The notes under the pieces: model-generated | Database searches by the model: none | The model's input: the letters and a program-made list of their open reading frames with translations, nothing else | Told to the model about the DNA's origin: nothing | From: Bacteroidales bacterium | GTDB taxonomy: Bacteria > Bacteroidota > Bacteroidia > Bacteroidales > F082 | Reading direction: 5' to 3' | Assembly: GCA_016282015.1 (NCBI GenBank) | Contig: JAEEJS010000042.1 | Location: forward strand, 41,924 to 105,923 | DNA length: 64,000 nucleotides | Shown here: one piece after another, positions 19,132 through 27,821 of the stretch | Position numbering within the stretch: position 1 is the first letter of the stretch | How the letters are laid out: each line of letters begins with the position of its first letter | Made by a program: the position numbers and the translations under genes

Positions 19132-19221
19132 ATGCCAAACGGTAAGAAGCACAAAAGACACAAAATGTCAACCCACAAACGCAAAAAACGTTTGAGAAAG
19201 GATAGGCATAAAAAGAAATAA
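19132..19221 (+). CDS. 29-aa lysine/arginine/histidine-rich peptide, candidate small ribosomal protein bS22 (AURKAIP1/COX24-like)
   Basis: Own translation; too short for the ORF track: ATG-MPNGKKHKRHKMSTHKRKKRLRKDRHKKK-TAA. It starts 8 nt after the HU stop and is followed by a hairpin. The pattern resembles mycobacterial bS22 ('[20 protein letters not shown]'). Confidence 0.6.
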   Translation: MPNGKKHKRHKMSTHKRKKRLRKDRHKKK

Positions 19222-19247
19222 TCTGAGAGATTGATTTCTTACAGCAC

Positions 19248-19287
19248 ATAACACAGCATTGAGAAATCGATGTTGTGTTATTGCTTT
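19248..19287 (+). terminator. hairpin terminator after the HU / small basic peptide pair
   Basis: 12-bp stem ATAACACAGCAT / ATGTTGTGTTAT (one G-U pair), 10-nt loop, then TGCTTTT. Confidence 0.55.
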
Positions 19288-19316
19288 TAAATTGAAATTA
19301 AAACCTTTGTAATATT

Positions 19317-20894
19317 ATGGACAATACAACTACAGTTCCGACAGTCAACAGAGAGCTTGTCATCAGTTCTGATGTTTCAGAGGTTAATATTGTTTTGTTG
19401 GAAGACAAGCAGCTTGTTGAATTCCACAAAGAGCAGAGCAACAGTAATTTCGCTGTTGGCGATGTGTATTTAGGGCGCATCAAGAAAATTTTGCCCGGTT
19501 TGAACGCGGCTTTCGTCGACATAGGCAGTCAGAAAGACGCCTTTTTGCATTATCTGGACCTCGGTCCGCAGATAGCTTCGCTTATCAACTATTCTAAGCT
19601 GGCACAAGAAGGCAAGATGGCGCAGGCCTCCATGGCGAAGTTCAAGTTGAGCAACGACGTCGATAAGGCGGGCAAAATATCCGATTTCCTGCAGGCCGGC
19701 GACCAGATTCCGGTGCAGATTGCCAAAGAGCCCATCAACACTAAAGGACCGCGCATCTCAGCTGAGATTTCATTCGCCGGACGTTACATAGTGCTGGTAC
19801 CATTCGCCAACCGAGTGTCAGTGTCGCAGAAGATACGCAGCAGCGAGGAACGCAGCCGCCTGAAAAAGCTCATTCAGAGCATCAGACCGAACAACTTCGG
19901 CGTCATTATCCGCACTGTGGCGGAAGGCAAGAAGGTGGAAGACCTTCAGGCCGACATGCAATACCTGTTGGGCAAATGGGAACAGATAACCGAGTCGTTA
20001 TACGGAAGCAAGGCCCCGGCAAAGCTGGTGAGCGAACTTGACCGCACCTCGGCTATGCTGCGCGACCTGCTCAACGAGTCGTTCAACACAATTACCGTTG
20101 ACAATCAGTCTCTTTACGACGAAATCAAGAGCTATATTGCCACCATCGCCCCTCAAAAAGCCGACATCGTCAAGCTGTACAAAGGCAAAGAACCCATCTT
20201 TGAGCATTACGGCGTAGCAAAACAGGTAAAGGGGTCGTTCGGCAGAATTGTCACAATCAGAAATGGTGTTTACCTCATCATTGAACACACCGAGGCCATG
20301 CACGTCATAGACGTCAACAGCGGTCATCGGCTCAACAAAGAAGCGTCTCAAGAAGACAACGCATTGGCTGTCAATCTGGAAGCGGCAGTGGAGATAGCAA
20401 GGCAACTGCGCCTGCGCGACATGGGCGGCATCATCATCGTAGACTTTATCGACATGCACGACGCGAAACATCGCAAACAGCTGTTCGAGAAGTTACAGGA
20501 AGAGATGGCAAAGGACCGCGCCAAGCACACCATACTCCCAGCCACAAAATTCGGGCTTATCCAGATCACACGTCAGCGTGTGCGCCCCGAAACAGAAGTC
20601 ACCGTCCAGGAGAAATGCCCTGTTTGTGACGGCAAAGGCAAGATCAGACCGTCGATGATTTATATCGACGAGATTGAAAACAACCTTAAATACCTCTTGC
20701 TCGACCAAAACGAGAAAGAGGTGACAGTGCAGGTTCATCCATTCGTCTATGCCTACCTCACCAAGGGATTTATCTCAATCCGAAGGAAATGGATGTGGAA
20801 GTATCACAAGAAGATACACATTCAAGAAGTAAAATCGTTCCATATCCTTCAGAGCTGTTACCTCGACAGAAACGGTGAAGAAATCACTTTCTAA
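19317..20894 (+). CDS. rng: ribonuclease G/E-family endoribonuclease
   Basis: S1 domain 'GDVYLGRIKKILPGLNAAFVDIG'; catalytic core 'AMHVIDVNSG', 'GGIIIVDFIDM', 'GLIQITRQR'; Zn-link 'CPVCDGKG'. Confidence 0.9.
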   Translation: MDNTTTVPTVNRELVISSDVSEVNIVLLEDKQLVEFHKEQSNSNFAVGDVYLGRIKKILPGLNAAFVDIGSQKDAFLHYLDLGPQIASLINYSKLAQEGKMAQASMAKFKLSNDVDKAGKISDFLQAGDQIPVQIAKEPINTKGPRISAEISFAGRYIVLVPFANRVSVSQKIRSSEERSRLKKLIQSIRPNNFGVIIRTVAEGKKVEDLQADMQYLLGKWEQITESLYGSKAPAKLVSELDRTSAMLRDLLNESFNTITVDNQSLYDEIKSYIATIAPQKADIVKLYKGKEPIFEHYGVAKQVKGSFGRIVTIRNGVYLIIEHTEAMHVIDVNSGHRLNKEASQEDNALAVNLEAAVEIARQLRLRDMGGIIIVDFIDMHDAKHRKQLFEKLQEEMAKDRAKHTILPATKFGLIQITRQRVRPETEVTVQEKCPVCDGKGKIRPSMIYIDEIENNLKYLLLDQNEKEVTVQVHPFVYAYLTKGFISIRRKWMWKYHKKIHIQEVKSFHILQSCYLDRNGEEITF

Positions 20895-20905
20895 CAGTAA
20901 GAAGA

Positions 20906-21016
20906 TTGAAGTTTGGAGTTTGAAGTTATTATTTATCAACTTCAAACTTCTTTCTTTTTATCCCAATTACATTATTATTAAAAAACTTCAGATTACAAAC
21001 TATTGACTCCAAACTT
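20906..21016. repeat. inverted-repeat-bounded intergenic element, copy 2 (rng-trpS spacer), carrying an internal hairpin
   Basis: Has the same 15-mer as copy 1 (20906-20920). Terminal inverted repeats AAGTTTGGAGT (20909-20919) and ACTCCAAACTT (21006-21016) are 11 bp and perfect. Internal hairpin AGTTTGAAGTT (20917-20927) / AACTTCAAACT (20938-20948) is followed by a T-rich run and probably terminates rng. Confidence 0.6.
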
Positions 21017-21021
21017 TTTTG

Positions 21022-21029
21022 TATATTTG
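21022..21029 (+). promoter_or_regulatory. candidate -7 box (TAnnTTTG) for trpS
   Basis: 'TATATTTG' 19 nt upstream of ATG 21049. It lies inside the track ORF that starts at 21019, which argues for the shorter start. Confidence 0.5.
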
Positions 21030-21048
21030 CAAGTTAAATCTATCTCTA

Positions 21049-22047
21049 ATGAAGGAAATCGTGTTAAGCGGCATCAGGCCGACAGGAAACTTACATTTAG
21101 GTAACTATTTCGGTGCGGTGAAGAATTTCATCCGCCTTCAGGATAACTACAATTGCTATTTCTTTATAGCTGATTATCATTCACTTACAACTCATCCTCA
21201 TCCGGATGACCTCCACGGCAGAGTGCGTCAGATTCTGGTTGAATACCTGGCGGCAGGCGTCGACCCTGAAAAGGCCACGCTGTATGTTCAGAGCGACGTG
21301 CCGGAGGTGGTTGAACTCTACCTGTTCCTCAACATGAACGCCTACATTGGCGAGCTCGAGCGTGTCACCACCTTCAAGGAAAAGGTACGCAAACAGCCCG
21401 ACAACGTCAATGCCGGACTGCTCACCTACCCTACCCTGATGGCAGCCGACATCCTCATCCACAGGTCACAATACGTGCCGGTGGGCAAGGACCAGGAGCA
21501 GAACCTCGAGAAAGCCCGCGACTTTGCAGGACGTTTCAACAACATCTACGGAGTTGAATACTTCCCCATTCCGCAGGCATTCAACTTTGGAAATCAATTG
21601 GTTAAGGTGCCAGGCCTGGACGGCAACGGCAAGATGGGCAAGAGCGAGGGCGAAGGTAACGCCATCTTCTTGGCCGAAGACGACGCCTCAATCCGCAAGA
21701 AAGTGATGCGCGCCAAGACCGACAGCGGCCCTACCGAGATGAATCAGGAGAAGCCCGAAGCCATAGCCAACCTGTTCCAGCTGATGAACATAGTGTCGAA
21801 ACCCGAAACCGTCCAGTTCTTCGACGAGGCATACAACAACATGACCATCCGCTACGGCGACATGAAGAAGCAGTTGGCCGAAGACATGATTCAGTTTGTA
21901 ACTCCAATACGTGAAAAGATTCGCGAGATAGACGCTAACGACGAGTATATTAATAAGGTAGCCCGCATGGGCGCAGAGAAAGCACGCGAAAGCGCTCGCA
22001 AAACCATAAAAGAAGTCAGAGAAATAATTGGTTTCAAACCATTTTAA
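21049..22047 (+). CDS. trpS: tryptophan--tRNA ligase
   Basis: 'GIRPTGNLHLGNYFG' (HIGH-type), 'KMGKS' (KMSKS-type), 332 aa from ATG 21049. Confidence 0.95.
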   Translation: MKEIVLSGIRPTGNLHLGNYFGAVKNFIRLQDNYNCYFFIADYHSLTTHPHPDDLHGRVRQILVEYLAAGVDPEKATLYVQSDVPEVVELYLFLNMNAYIGELERVTTFKEKVRKQPDNVNAGLLTYPTLMAADILIHRSQYVPVGKDQEQNLEKARDFAGRFNNIYGVEYFPIPQAFNFGNQLVKVPGLDGNGKMGKSEGEGNAIFLAEDDASIRKKVMRAKTDSGPTEMNQEKPEAIANLFQLMNIVSKPETVQFFDEAYNNMTIRYGDMKKQLAEDMIQFVTPIREKIREIDANDEYINKVARMGAEKARESARKTIKEVREIIGFKPF

Positions 22048-22070
22048 TTATTGGATTTGACAAACATAAT

Positions 22071-23252
22071 ATGATAGAGCACGAAAAAGTTCAGGAAAGA
22101 GCCGTTTTGGTGGCTGTAAGCACGCAGGGACAGAACCGTGAGCGTACGGAAGAGTACCTCGACGAGCTGGAATTCCTGTTGGATACGGCCGGTGGAGTGT
22201 GCGTGGGACGTTTTGTGCAAACTTTGGAGCGCCCCAACAGCGTCACCTATCTCGGAACAGGCAAGCTCGAGGAGTTGAAGCAATACATCAAGGCCGAGGA
22301 AATCGACATGGCCATATTCGACGATGAGCTCAGCGCCACTCAAATCCGCAATCTGGAGAAGGAGCTGGAGTGCCGCATACTCGACCGCACCAACCTGATT
22401 CTCGACATTTTTGCAAAGAACGCCAAGACTGCATACGCCAAGACTCAAGTCGAACTTGCTCAGTATCAATACATGTTGCCGCGCTTGACCCGAATGTGGA
22501 CTCACTTGGAGCGTCAGCGGGGCGGTATAGGCATGCGCGGTCCGGGTGAGACTCAGATTGAGACCGACCGTAAGATCATCCGCAACAAGATAGCCTCGCT
22601 AAAGGAAAAACTCCAGGAAATCGACATGCAGAAGTCGGTGCAACGCAAGAACCGCCAGCAGCTGGTGCGTGTGGCTCTGGTAGGATACACCAATGTGGGC
22701 AAGTCGACCATAATGAATATGCTCAGCAAGAGCGACGTGTTTGCCGAGAACAAGCTTTTCGCCACATTGGACACCACCGTGAGAAAAGTCGTTATCGAAA
22801 ATCTGCCGTTTTTGCTTTCAGATACAGTGGGTTTCATCCGCAAGCTGCCGACACAGCTGGTCGAATCGTTCAAATCGACTCTCGACGAGGTGAGGGAATC
22901 AGACATACTGCTGCATGTGGTCGACATCTCACATCCAGACTTCGAATCGCAGATTGAGACCGTAACCCAGACCTTGGCCGACATAGGTGCCGGAGACAAG
23001 AAAACCATAATGGTTTTCAATAAGATAGACGCATATACCTACGAAGAGAAAGAAGCCGACGACCTCACTCCCGCGACCAAGAAAAACTATACTTTGGACG
23101 ATTGGAAAAAGACTTGGATGGCCAAAGGCAAGCCATGCATCTTCATTTCGGCAGCCGAAAAAACTCATTATCAGGAGTTTAGAGACCTGCTTTATCAGGA
23201 GATACGCGACATGCACGCCATCAGATACCCTTACGACAACTTCCTTTACTAA
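22071..23252 (+). CDS. hflX: GTPase HflX
   Basis: HflX N-domain, then G1 'GYTNVGKST', G3 'DTVGF' and G4 'NKID'. Confidence 0.95.
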   Translation: MIEHEKVQERAVLVAVSTQGQNRERTEEYLDELEFLLDTAGGVCVGRFVQTLERPNSVTYLGTGKLEELKQYIKAEEIDMAIFDDELSATQIRNLEKELECRILDRTNLILDIFAKNAKTAYAKTQVELAQYQYMLPRLTRMWTHLERQRGGIGMRGPGETQIETDRKIIRNKIASLKEKLQEIDMQKSVQRKNRQQLVRVALVGYTNVGKSTIMNMLSKSDVFAENKLFATLDTTVRKVVIENLPFLLSDTVGFIRKLPTQLVESFKSTLDEVRESDILLHVVDISHPDFESQIETVTQTLADIGAGDKKTIMVFNKIDAYTYEEKEADDLTPATKKNYTLDDWKKTWMAKGKPCIFISAAEKTHYQEFRDLLYQEIRDMHAIRYPYDNFLY

Positions 23253-23263
23253 GTTGCAACACA

Positions 23264-24028
23264 ATGATTGTCAACACACATAGTCACATCTACGACGAGG
23301 CTTTCGACTCTGATCGCGAGCAAGTGTTTCAGCGCGCCCTCGAAGCCGGAGTGACCATGCTGCTGTTGCCAAACACCGACACCCGAAGCATAGGTCCGAT
23401 GATGGATTTCTACGAAAAACATCCTGACAATGTGAGGGTTATGATGGGATTGCATCCCGAAGAGGTGAAGGAAGACTATAAGGAGAATCTGAAAATAATA
23501 GAAAATCATATTGAAGGCACCCCATTGGTAGGCATAGGCGAAATCGGTTTGGATTTCTATTGGGACGACACTTTCAAAAACCAACAGTTTGAGGTGCTTG
23601 CCGAGCAGTTACACTGGGCCAAAGACCTCGGATTGCCCGTTTCACTGCACACCCGAAATGCCTTCAAGGAGATGTTCAAGATTTTGGAGCACGAACAAGA
23701 CGGCCGCCTCGCCGGAGTTATGCACTGTTTCAACGGCACTGCCGACGAAGCTCATGCCGCCCTCACTTTGGGCTTCCATCTCGGGCTCGGCGGCGTGATC
23801 ACCTACAAAAACTGCGGGGTTAAAGACTTTTTGGCTGACATCCCCACAGACAGAATCGTACTCGAGACCGACGACCCTTATCTGCCTCCGGTTCCGTACC
23901 GCGGACAGCGCAACGAACCGGCCTACATAGTCAAAACAGCTGAGAAAGTGGCTGAAATATACGGCTTGACAACCGAAGAAATTTGTAAAATAACAAGTAA
24001 TAATGCAATGAGTTTGTTTAAATTGTAG
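23264..24028 (+). CDS. tatD: TatD-family metal-dependent hydrolase
   Basis: 'NTHSHIYDE' (HxH), 'GEIGLDFYW', 'SLHTRNA', 'HCFNG', 'LETDDPYL'. Confidence 0.9.
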   Translation: MIVNTHSHIYDEAFDSDREQVFQRALEAGVTMLLLPNTDTRSIGPMMDFYEKHPDNVRVMMGLHPEEVKEDYKENLKIIENHIEGTPLVGIGEIGLDFYWDDTFKNQQFEVLAEQLHWAKDLGLPVSLHTRNAFKEMFKILEHEQDGRLAGVMHCFNGTADEAHAALTLGFHLGLGGVITYKNCGVKDFLADIPTDRIVLETDDPYLPPVPYRGQRNEPAYIVKTAEKVAEIYGLTTEEICKITSNNAMSLFKL

Positions 24029-24063
24029 GAGATTCCTCGACAAGCTCGGAATGACAATAAAAT

Positions 24064-25089
24064 ATGAAAAAACCATCAATTTTAGTGCTTTACACCGGCG
24101 GCACCATAGGCATGATGAAAGACCCCAAGACCGGCAGTCTGGTACCTTTCGACTTCGGCAACATCTATGAGCACATGCCGATACTCAGAAATCTCGATTA
24201 TGTCATTGATTTCTATTCATTTAAGAACTTGATTGACTCTTCGAACATGACACCGGAGTTCTGGATTGAGCTCGCCGAAAAGATAGAGGAAAACTACGAA
24301 AAATACGACGGCTTTGTAGTCTTGCACGGTTCCGACACCATGGCCTACAGCGCCTCGGCCTTGAGCTTTATGCTTGAGAACCTTGCAAAGCCTGTGGTTT
24401 TCACGGGTTCCCAACTTCCTATGGGCATGGTGCGCAGCGACGGACGCGAGAATTTCGTCACCTCGATCGAGATTGCGGCTTCAAAAGCCAATGGCATGAC
24501 TTGCGTTCCTGAGGTTTGCATATTCTTTGAGAACCAGTTGCTCAGAGGAAACCGCTCCACCAAGTTCAATGCCGAGAACTTCAACGCTTTCTCGTCGGGT
24601 AACTACCCCACTCTGGCTGATGTGGGCATTAAAATCAAGTACAACAGAGAGTTCATAGCAAAGCCTGCCGAAGGCCGTCTGATAGTGCACAAGAAGTTCG
24701 ACAGAAACGTGGGCATATTGAAGCTTTTCCCAGGCATAACACAAGATTTCGTAAAGCACGCCCTGAACACTCCTGGTCTGAAGGGCATCATCATGGAGAC
24801 TTACGGATCGGGCAACGCCCCCACCTCCAAGTGGTTCCTCGACGAGTTGGCCGCGGCCATACAGAGAGGGCTCCTCATTTTCAACGTGACTCAGTGCAAG
24901 TCGGGTTCGGTTGAGATGGGCCGTTACGAGACCAGTTTGAATCTGGACAAGATAGGTGTAGTCAGCGGATACGACATCACAACCGAGTCGGCTTTGGCCA
25001 AGATGATGTATCTTATCGGAGAAGGCTACAGCCATGAGGAAATCAAGAAATATCTGCAAATGCCTTTGCGTGGGGAAATGACAATCTGA
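24064..25089 (+). CDS. ansA: type I (cytoplasmic) L-asparaginase
   Basis: 'VLYTGGTIGM' and 'VLHGSDTMAYSA' catalytic threonine motifs. No signal peptide; 341 aa. Confidence 0.9.
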   Translation: MKKPSILVLYTGGTIGMMKDPKTGSLVPFDFGNIYEHMPILRNLDYVIDFYSFKNLIDSSNMTPEFWIELAEKIEENYEKYDGFVVLHGSDTMAYSASALSFMLENLAKPVVFTGSQLPMGMVRSDGRENFVTSIEIAASKANGMTCVPEVCIFFENQLLRGNRSTKFNAENFNAFSSGNYPTLADVGIKIKYNREFIAKPAEGRLIVHKKFDRNVGILKLFPGITQDFVKHALNTPGLKGIIMETYGSGNAPTSKWFLDELAAAIQRGLLIFNVTQCKSGSVEMGRYETSLNLDKIGVVSGYDITTESALAKMMYLIGEGYSHEEIKKYLQMPLRGEMTI

Positions 25090-25200
25090 TAAGCATTATA
25101 ATTTGTTGATTATAAAGAAATTATCAAGTGGCTATGTCTTTTTTCCAAAAAAAGTGAAATAATGTGTGAAAATTATTGTTCTTGCTAAAGAAAAATTTTG

Positions 25201-25208
25201 TAATTTTG
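25201..25208 (+). promoter_or_regulatory. candidate -7 box (TAnnTTTG) for tRNA-Ser
   Basis: 'TAATTTTG' 33 nt upstream of the tRNA 5' end. Confidence 0.4.
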
Positions 25209-25241
25209 ACACGCAAATTTTGTGGAGTTGAAAAATCCCTG

Positions 25242-25329
25242 GGAGAGATGTCCGAGTGGTTTAAGGAGCACGCCTGGAAAGTGTGTGTACTTCAAAAGGG
25301 TACCGCGGGTTCGAATCCCGCTCTCTCCG
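25242..25329 (+). tRNA. tRNA-Ser (anticodon GGA), type II with long variable arm; CCA not encoded
   Basis: Folded by hand. Acceptor GGAGAGA/TCTCTCC; anticodon loop CT-GGA-AA (GGA at 25276-25278); variable-arm stem GTAC/GTAC; T-arm GCGGG-TTCGAAT-CCCGC; discriminator G. Confidence 0.93.
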
Positions 25330-25434
25330 CAGTAAAAGTATAAGAGTTATTGGTTATAAAGTTATTGAAAGACAATAAATTAGAAATCAATTAAATATTA
25401 ACAAATCAAAAAGTAGTAATTCAAAATTCAAATC

Positions 25435-26241
25435 ATGAAAAAATTAATTGCTTTATTGACAGTTGCTGGATTTTTGACATTTGGAATCAGCAACTCACTT
25501 CTTGCACAAGAAGAAAATGCGCAGACAAACGCAGCTCAGACTGAGCAGGTAGCAACCGCTACAGAGACAGCTGAGATGGCAACAATGGAGACAGCTGCAG
25601 AAGCTCCTACATTCCACGAGGTTTTGAAGAAACAGTTCATCGATGGTGGCTGGGGCTTCATGAGCGTGGTTTTGTTAGTGTTAGTCCTCGGTTTGGCAGT
25701 GTCAATCGAAAGAATCATCTATCTGACATTGAGCACAACCAACACTAAGAACCTCCTTGCAAATCTGGAGACAACTTTGAACAAAGAAGGCATCGAGAAA
25801 GCTAAAGACCTTTGCCGCGAGACACGTGGCCCGGTCGCCAGCATCTTCTACCAGGGCTTGATGCGTTACAACGAAGGCCTCGACGAGGTTGAGAAATCAA
25901 TCGTTTCATACGGTTCAGTTATGACAGGTAACCTTGAAAGCGGCGTGAGCTGGATTTCATTGTTCATCGCATTGGGACCTATGTTGGGATTTATGGGTAC
26001 TGTTGTCGGTATGATCGAAGCTTTCGACGCTATCGCTGCAGCAGGTGATATCAGCCCAACAGTTGTGGCAGGCGGTATGAAAGTCGCTTTGTTGACCACA
26101 GTGTTCGGTCTTATCACAGCTGTTATCCTCCAGATCTGCTTCAACTTCATCCTTAACAAGATCGAAGGTATCGTGAACGATATGGAAGATTCATCAATCA
26201 CATTCATGGACATGCTCCACGCTTATTCAAAGAAAAACTAA
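25435..26241 (+). CDS. exbB: MotA/TolQ/ExbB-family proton channel protein
   Basis: Signal or N-terminal extension, three TM helices, conserved 'LGPMLGFMGTVVGMIEAF' and 'GGMKVALLTTVFGL'. Confidence 0.85.
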   Translation: MKKLIALLTVAGFLTFGISNSLLAQEENAQTNAAQTEQVATATETAEMATMETAAEAPTFHEVLKKQFIDGGWGFMSVVLLVLVLGLAVSIERIIYLTLSTTNTKNLLANLETTLNKEGIEKAKDLCRETRGPVASIFYQGLMRYNEGLDEVEKSIVSYGSVMTGNLESGVSWISLFIALGPMLGFMGTVVGMIEAFDAIAAAGDISPTVVAGGMKVALLTTVFGLITAVILQICFNFILNKIEGIVNDMEDSSITFMDMLHAYSKKN

Positions 26242-26259
26242 TTTAACAAAAGAAAAATC

Positions 26260-26685
26260 ATGGTCGAGAAATTAACAAAATATTGCAAATATTTGCTTAT
26301 AGCCTTGATGGTTCTCAATGTGCTGTTCGCTATCCTCGGTGTAGCTAGAGGTAAGGAGAGCGTGGGAATATTCATGGTGTTTGCATATTGCATGCTTGGA
26401 TTGACTGTGGTTGCGATTTTGTTTGCACCTATTTATGGAATTATTATCAATCCAAAAAGCATAAAGACAATCGGATATGTCTTGGTTTTGGTTGCAGTTA
26501 TCGCCCTTCTGGCATGGCTCATCTCAAAAGGCTCGACACTTTCGACAGAATATCTTGAATCAATGGGTGTGTCACGTGGACAGGAAGCATTTGTTGACTT
26601 CTTCATGATGTTCACATACATTGTAGTAGGCGGCACAATCGCAGCTGTAATCTATTCAGCAGTAGCAAAACTCATTAATAAATAA
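26260..26685 (+). CDS. hypothetical four-TM membrane protein embedded in the exbB-exbD cluster
   Basis: 141 aa, four hydrophobic segments, tightly spaced between exbB and exbD. Confidence 0.6.
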   Translation: MVEKLTKYCKYLLIALMVLNVLFAILGVARGKESVGIFMVFAYCMLGLTVVAILFAPIYGIIINPKSIKTIGYVLVLVAVIALLAWLISKGSTLSTEYLESMGVSRGQEAFVDFFMMFTYIVVGGTIAAVIYSAVAKLINK

Positions 26686-26702
26686 TAAGGAAGGAAATTA
26701 TC

Positions 26703-27278
26703 ATGGCACGTCAGAAAAAGAAAGTTCCGGAAATCAACGCCAGTTCAATGGCTGATATCTCTTTCTTGCTGTTGATATTCTTCCTCGTTACCACTACGAT
26801 GGACACAGACAGCGGTATCACCCGTCGTCTGCCCCCACCAGTAGAAAACCCAGACATGGATGTCAAAGTGAAAGAAAGAAACATTTTGAACGTCATGATC
26901 AATAAGTACGACAAATTGATGGTTAACGGTAAACCTTGCGACATTTCAGAGCTTAAGGACAAAACCAGAGATTTCATCACTCCAAAACCGAATGATGATA
27001 AAGCTCCTGAGGTCGAAGTCAAGGAAATCGACATGATTGGCAACTTCATGACCAACAAGGGTGTCGTATCACTTAAGAATGACCGCGGTACTTCATACAT
27101 GATGTACATTGCAGTTCAAAATGAATTGGCGAAAGCTTTCAACGAACTCAGAGAGGAAGTCGCTATGACATACTTCAAACAGCACTACAACGACATGACC
27201 GACAAAGACAAAATCGATGCGGTCAACAAGGCTGTCCCTGTCCGTATTTCAGAGGCTGAACCTGAAGAAATCAAATAA
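26703..27278 (+). CDS. exbD: ExbD/TolR-family biopolymer transport protein
   Basis: 'INASSMADISFLLLIFFLVTTT' N-terminal TM signature plus a periplasmic domain. Confidence 0.85.
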   Translation: MARQKKKVPEINASSMADISFLLLIFFLVTTTMDTDSGITRRLPPPVENPDMDVKVKERNILNVMINKYDKLMVNGKPCDISELKDKTRDFITPKPNDDKAPEVEVKEIDMIGNFMTNKGVVSLKNDRGTSYMMYIAVQNELAKAFNELREEVAMTYFKQHYNDMTDKDKIDAVNKAVPVRISEAEPEEIK

Positions 27279-27289
27279 AGGAGGTTATT

Positions 27290-27748
27290 ATGGCAAAATT
27301 CAGAAAAGGTGGAAAGAAAGAAGTTCCGGCTATCTCAACCGGTTCAATGCCTGACATCATCTTCATGTTGATATTCTTCTTCATGGTTACAACTTCCATG
27401 CGTGAGACATCATTGAAAGTGAAAATGAAATTACCGGCCGCGACGGAAGTTCAGAAGCTTGAGAAGAAATCTCTCGTGAGCTTCATCTACATCGGACCTC
27501 CGACCAACGCCAAACTCTATGGTACAGAAGCTCGTATCCAGCTCAACGACCAGTATGCTCGTATCGACGACATCATCCCGTTCATCGAACAGGAGCGTCT
27601 CGACCGCGCTGAGGCCGACCGTCCACTGCTCACCACCTCTCTCAAAATCCATGAGGAAGTGAGAATGGGTTTGGTCACCGACGTTAAGCAGGAGTTGCGT
27701 AAATGCGGTGCATTCCGTATTAACTACTCTGTACGTAAAGGGGAATAA
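27290..27748 (+). CDS. exbD: ExbD/TolR-family biopolymer transport protein (second copy)
   Basis: 'ISTGSMPDIIFMLIFFFMVTTS' signature; 152 aa. Confidence 0.85.
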   Translation: MAKFRKGGKKEVPAISTGSMPDIIFMLIFFFMVTTSMRETSLKVKMKLPAATEVQKLEKKSLVSFIYIGPPTNAKLYGTEARIQLNDQYARIDDIIPFIEQERLDRAEADRPLLTTSLKIHEEVRMGLVTDVKQELRKCGAFRINYSVRKGE

Positions 27749-27753
27749 AGACC

Positions 27754-27788
27754 TTAGTCTTTAGACCTTAGACGTTAGATATTAGTAG
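27754..27788. repeat. five tandem heptads TTAGNNN
   Basis: TTAG occurs at 27754, 27761, 27768, 27775 and 27782, exactly 7 nt apart: ttagtct ttagacc ttagacg ttagata ttagtag. Confidence 0.8.
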
Positions 27789-27821
27789 AGGCGCACGGTT
27801 GTGCGTCTCTACATTTTTTAT
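27786..27821. terminator. rho-independent terminator shared by the exbD operon (+) and priA (-)
   Basis: 11-bp stem TAGAGGCGCAC / GTGCGTCTCTA (one G-U pair), loop GGTT, then CATTTTTTAT. The T-run overlaps the priA stop codon. Confidence 0.75.

Noticed and set aside
20895-21048. T-box or attenuator-type leaders upstream of the aminoacyl-tRNA synthetase genes (trpS here; also asnS at 2101-2127 and tyrS at 34153-34177).
   Set aside because: The distance from the candidate -7 box to the start codon is only about 19-27 nt, too short for a T-box (over 200 nt). The structured sequence upstream of trpS lies before the promoter box and is the repeat element/terminator of rng.
25090-25434. tRNA-Ser considered as a possible integration hotspot or genomic-island border.
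   Set aside because: No integrase, no direct repeat of the tRNA 3' end, and no compositional break that I can see. Flanking genes (ansA, exbB) are ordinary core genes.
25435-27748. exbB-x-exbD-exbD cluster without an adjacent tonB.
   Set aside because: TonB genes are often unlinked. The cluster ends at a clear terminator shared with priA, so nothing indicates a truncated or novel system.
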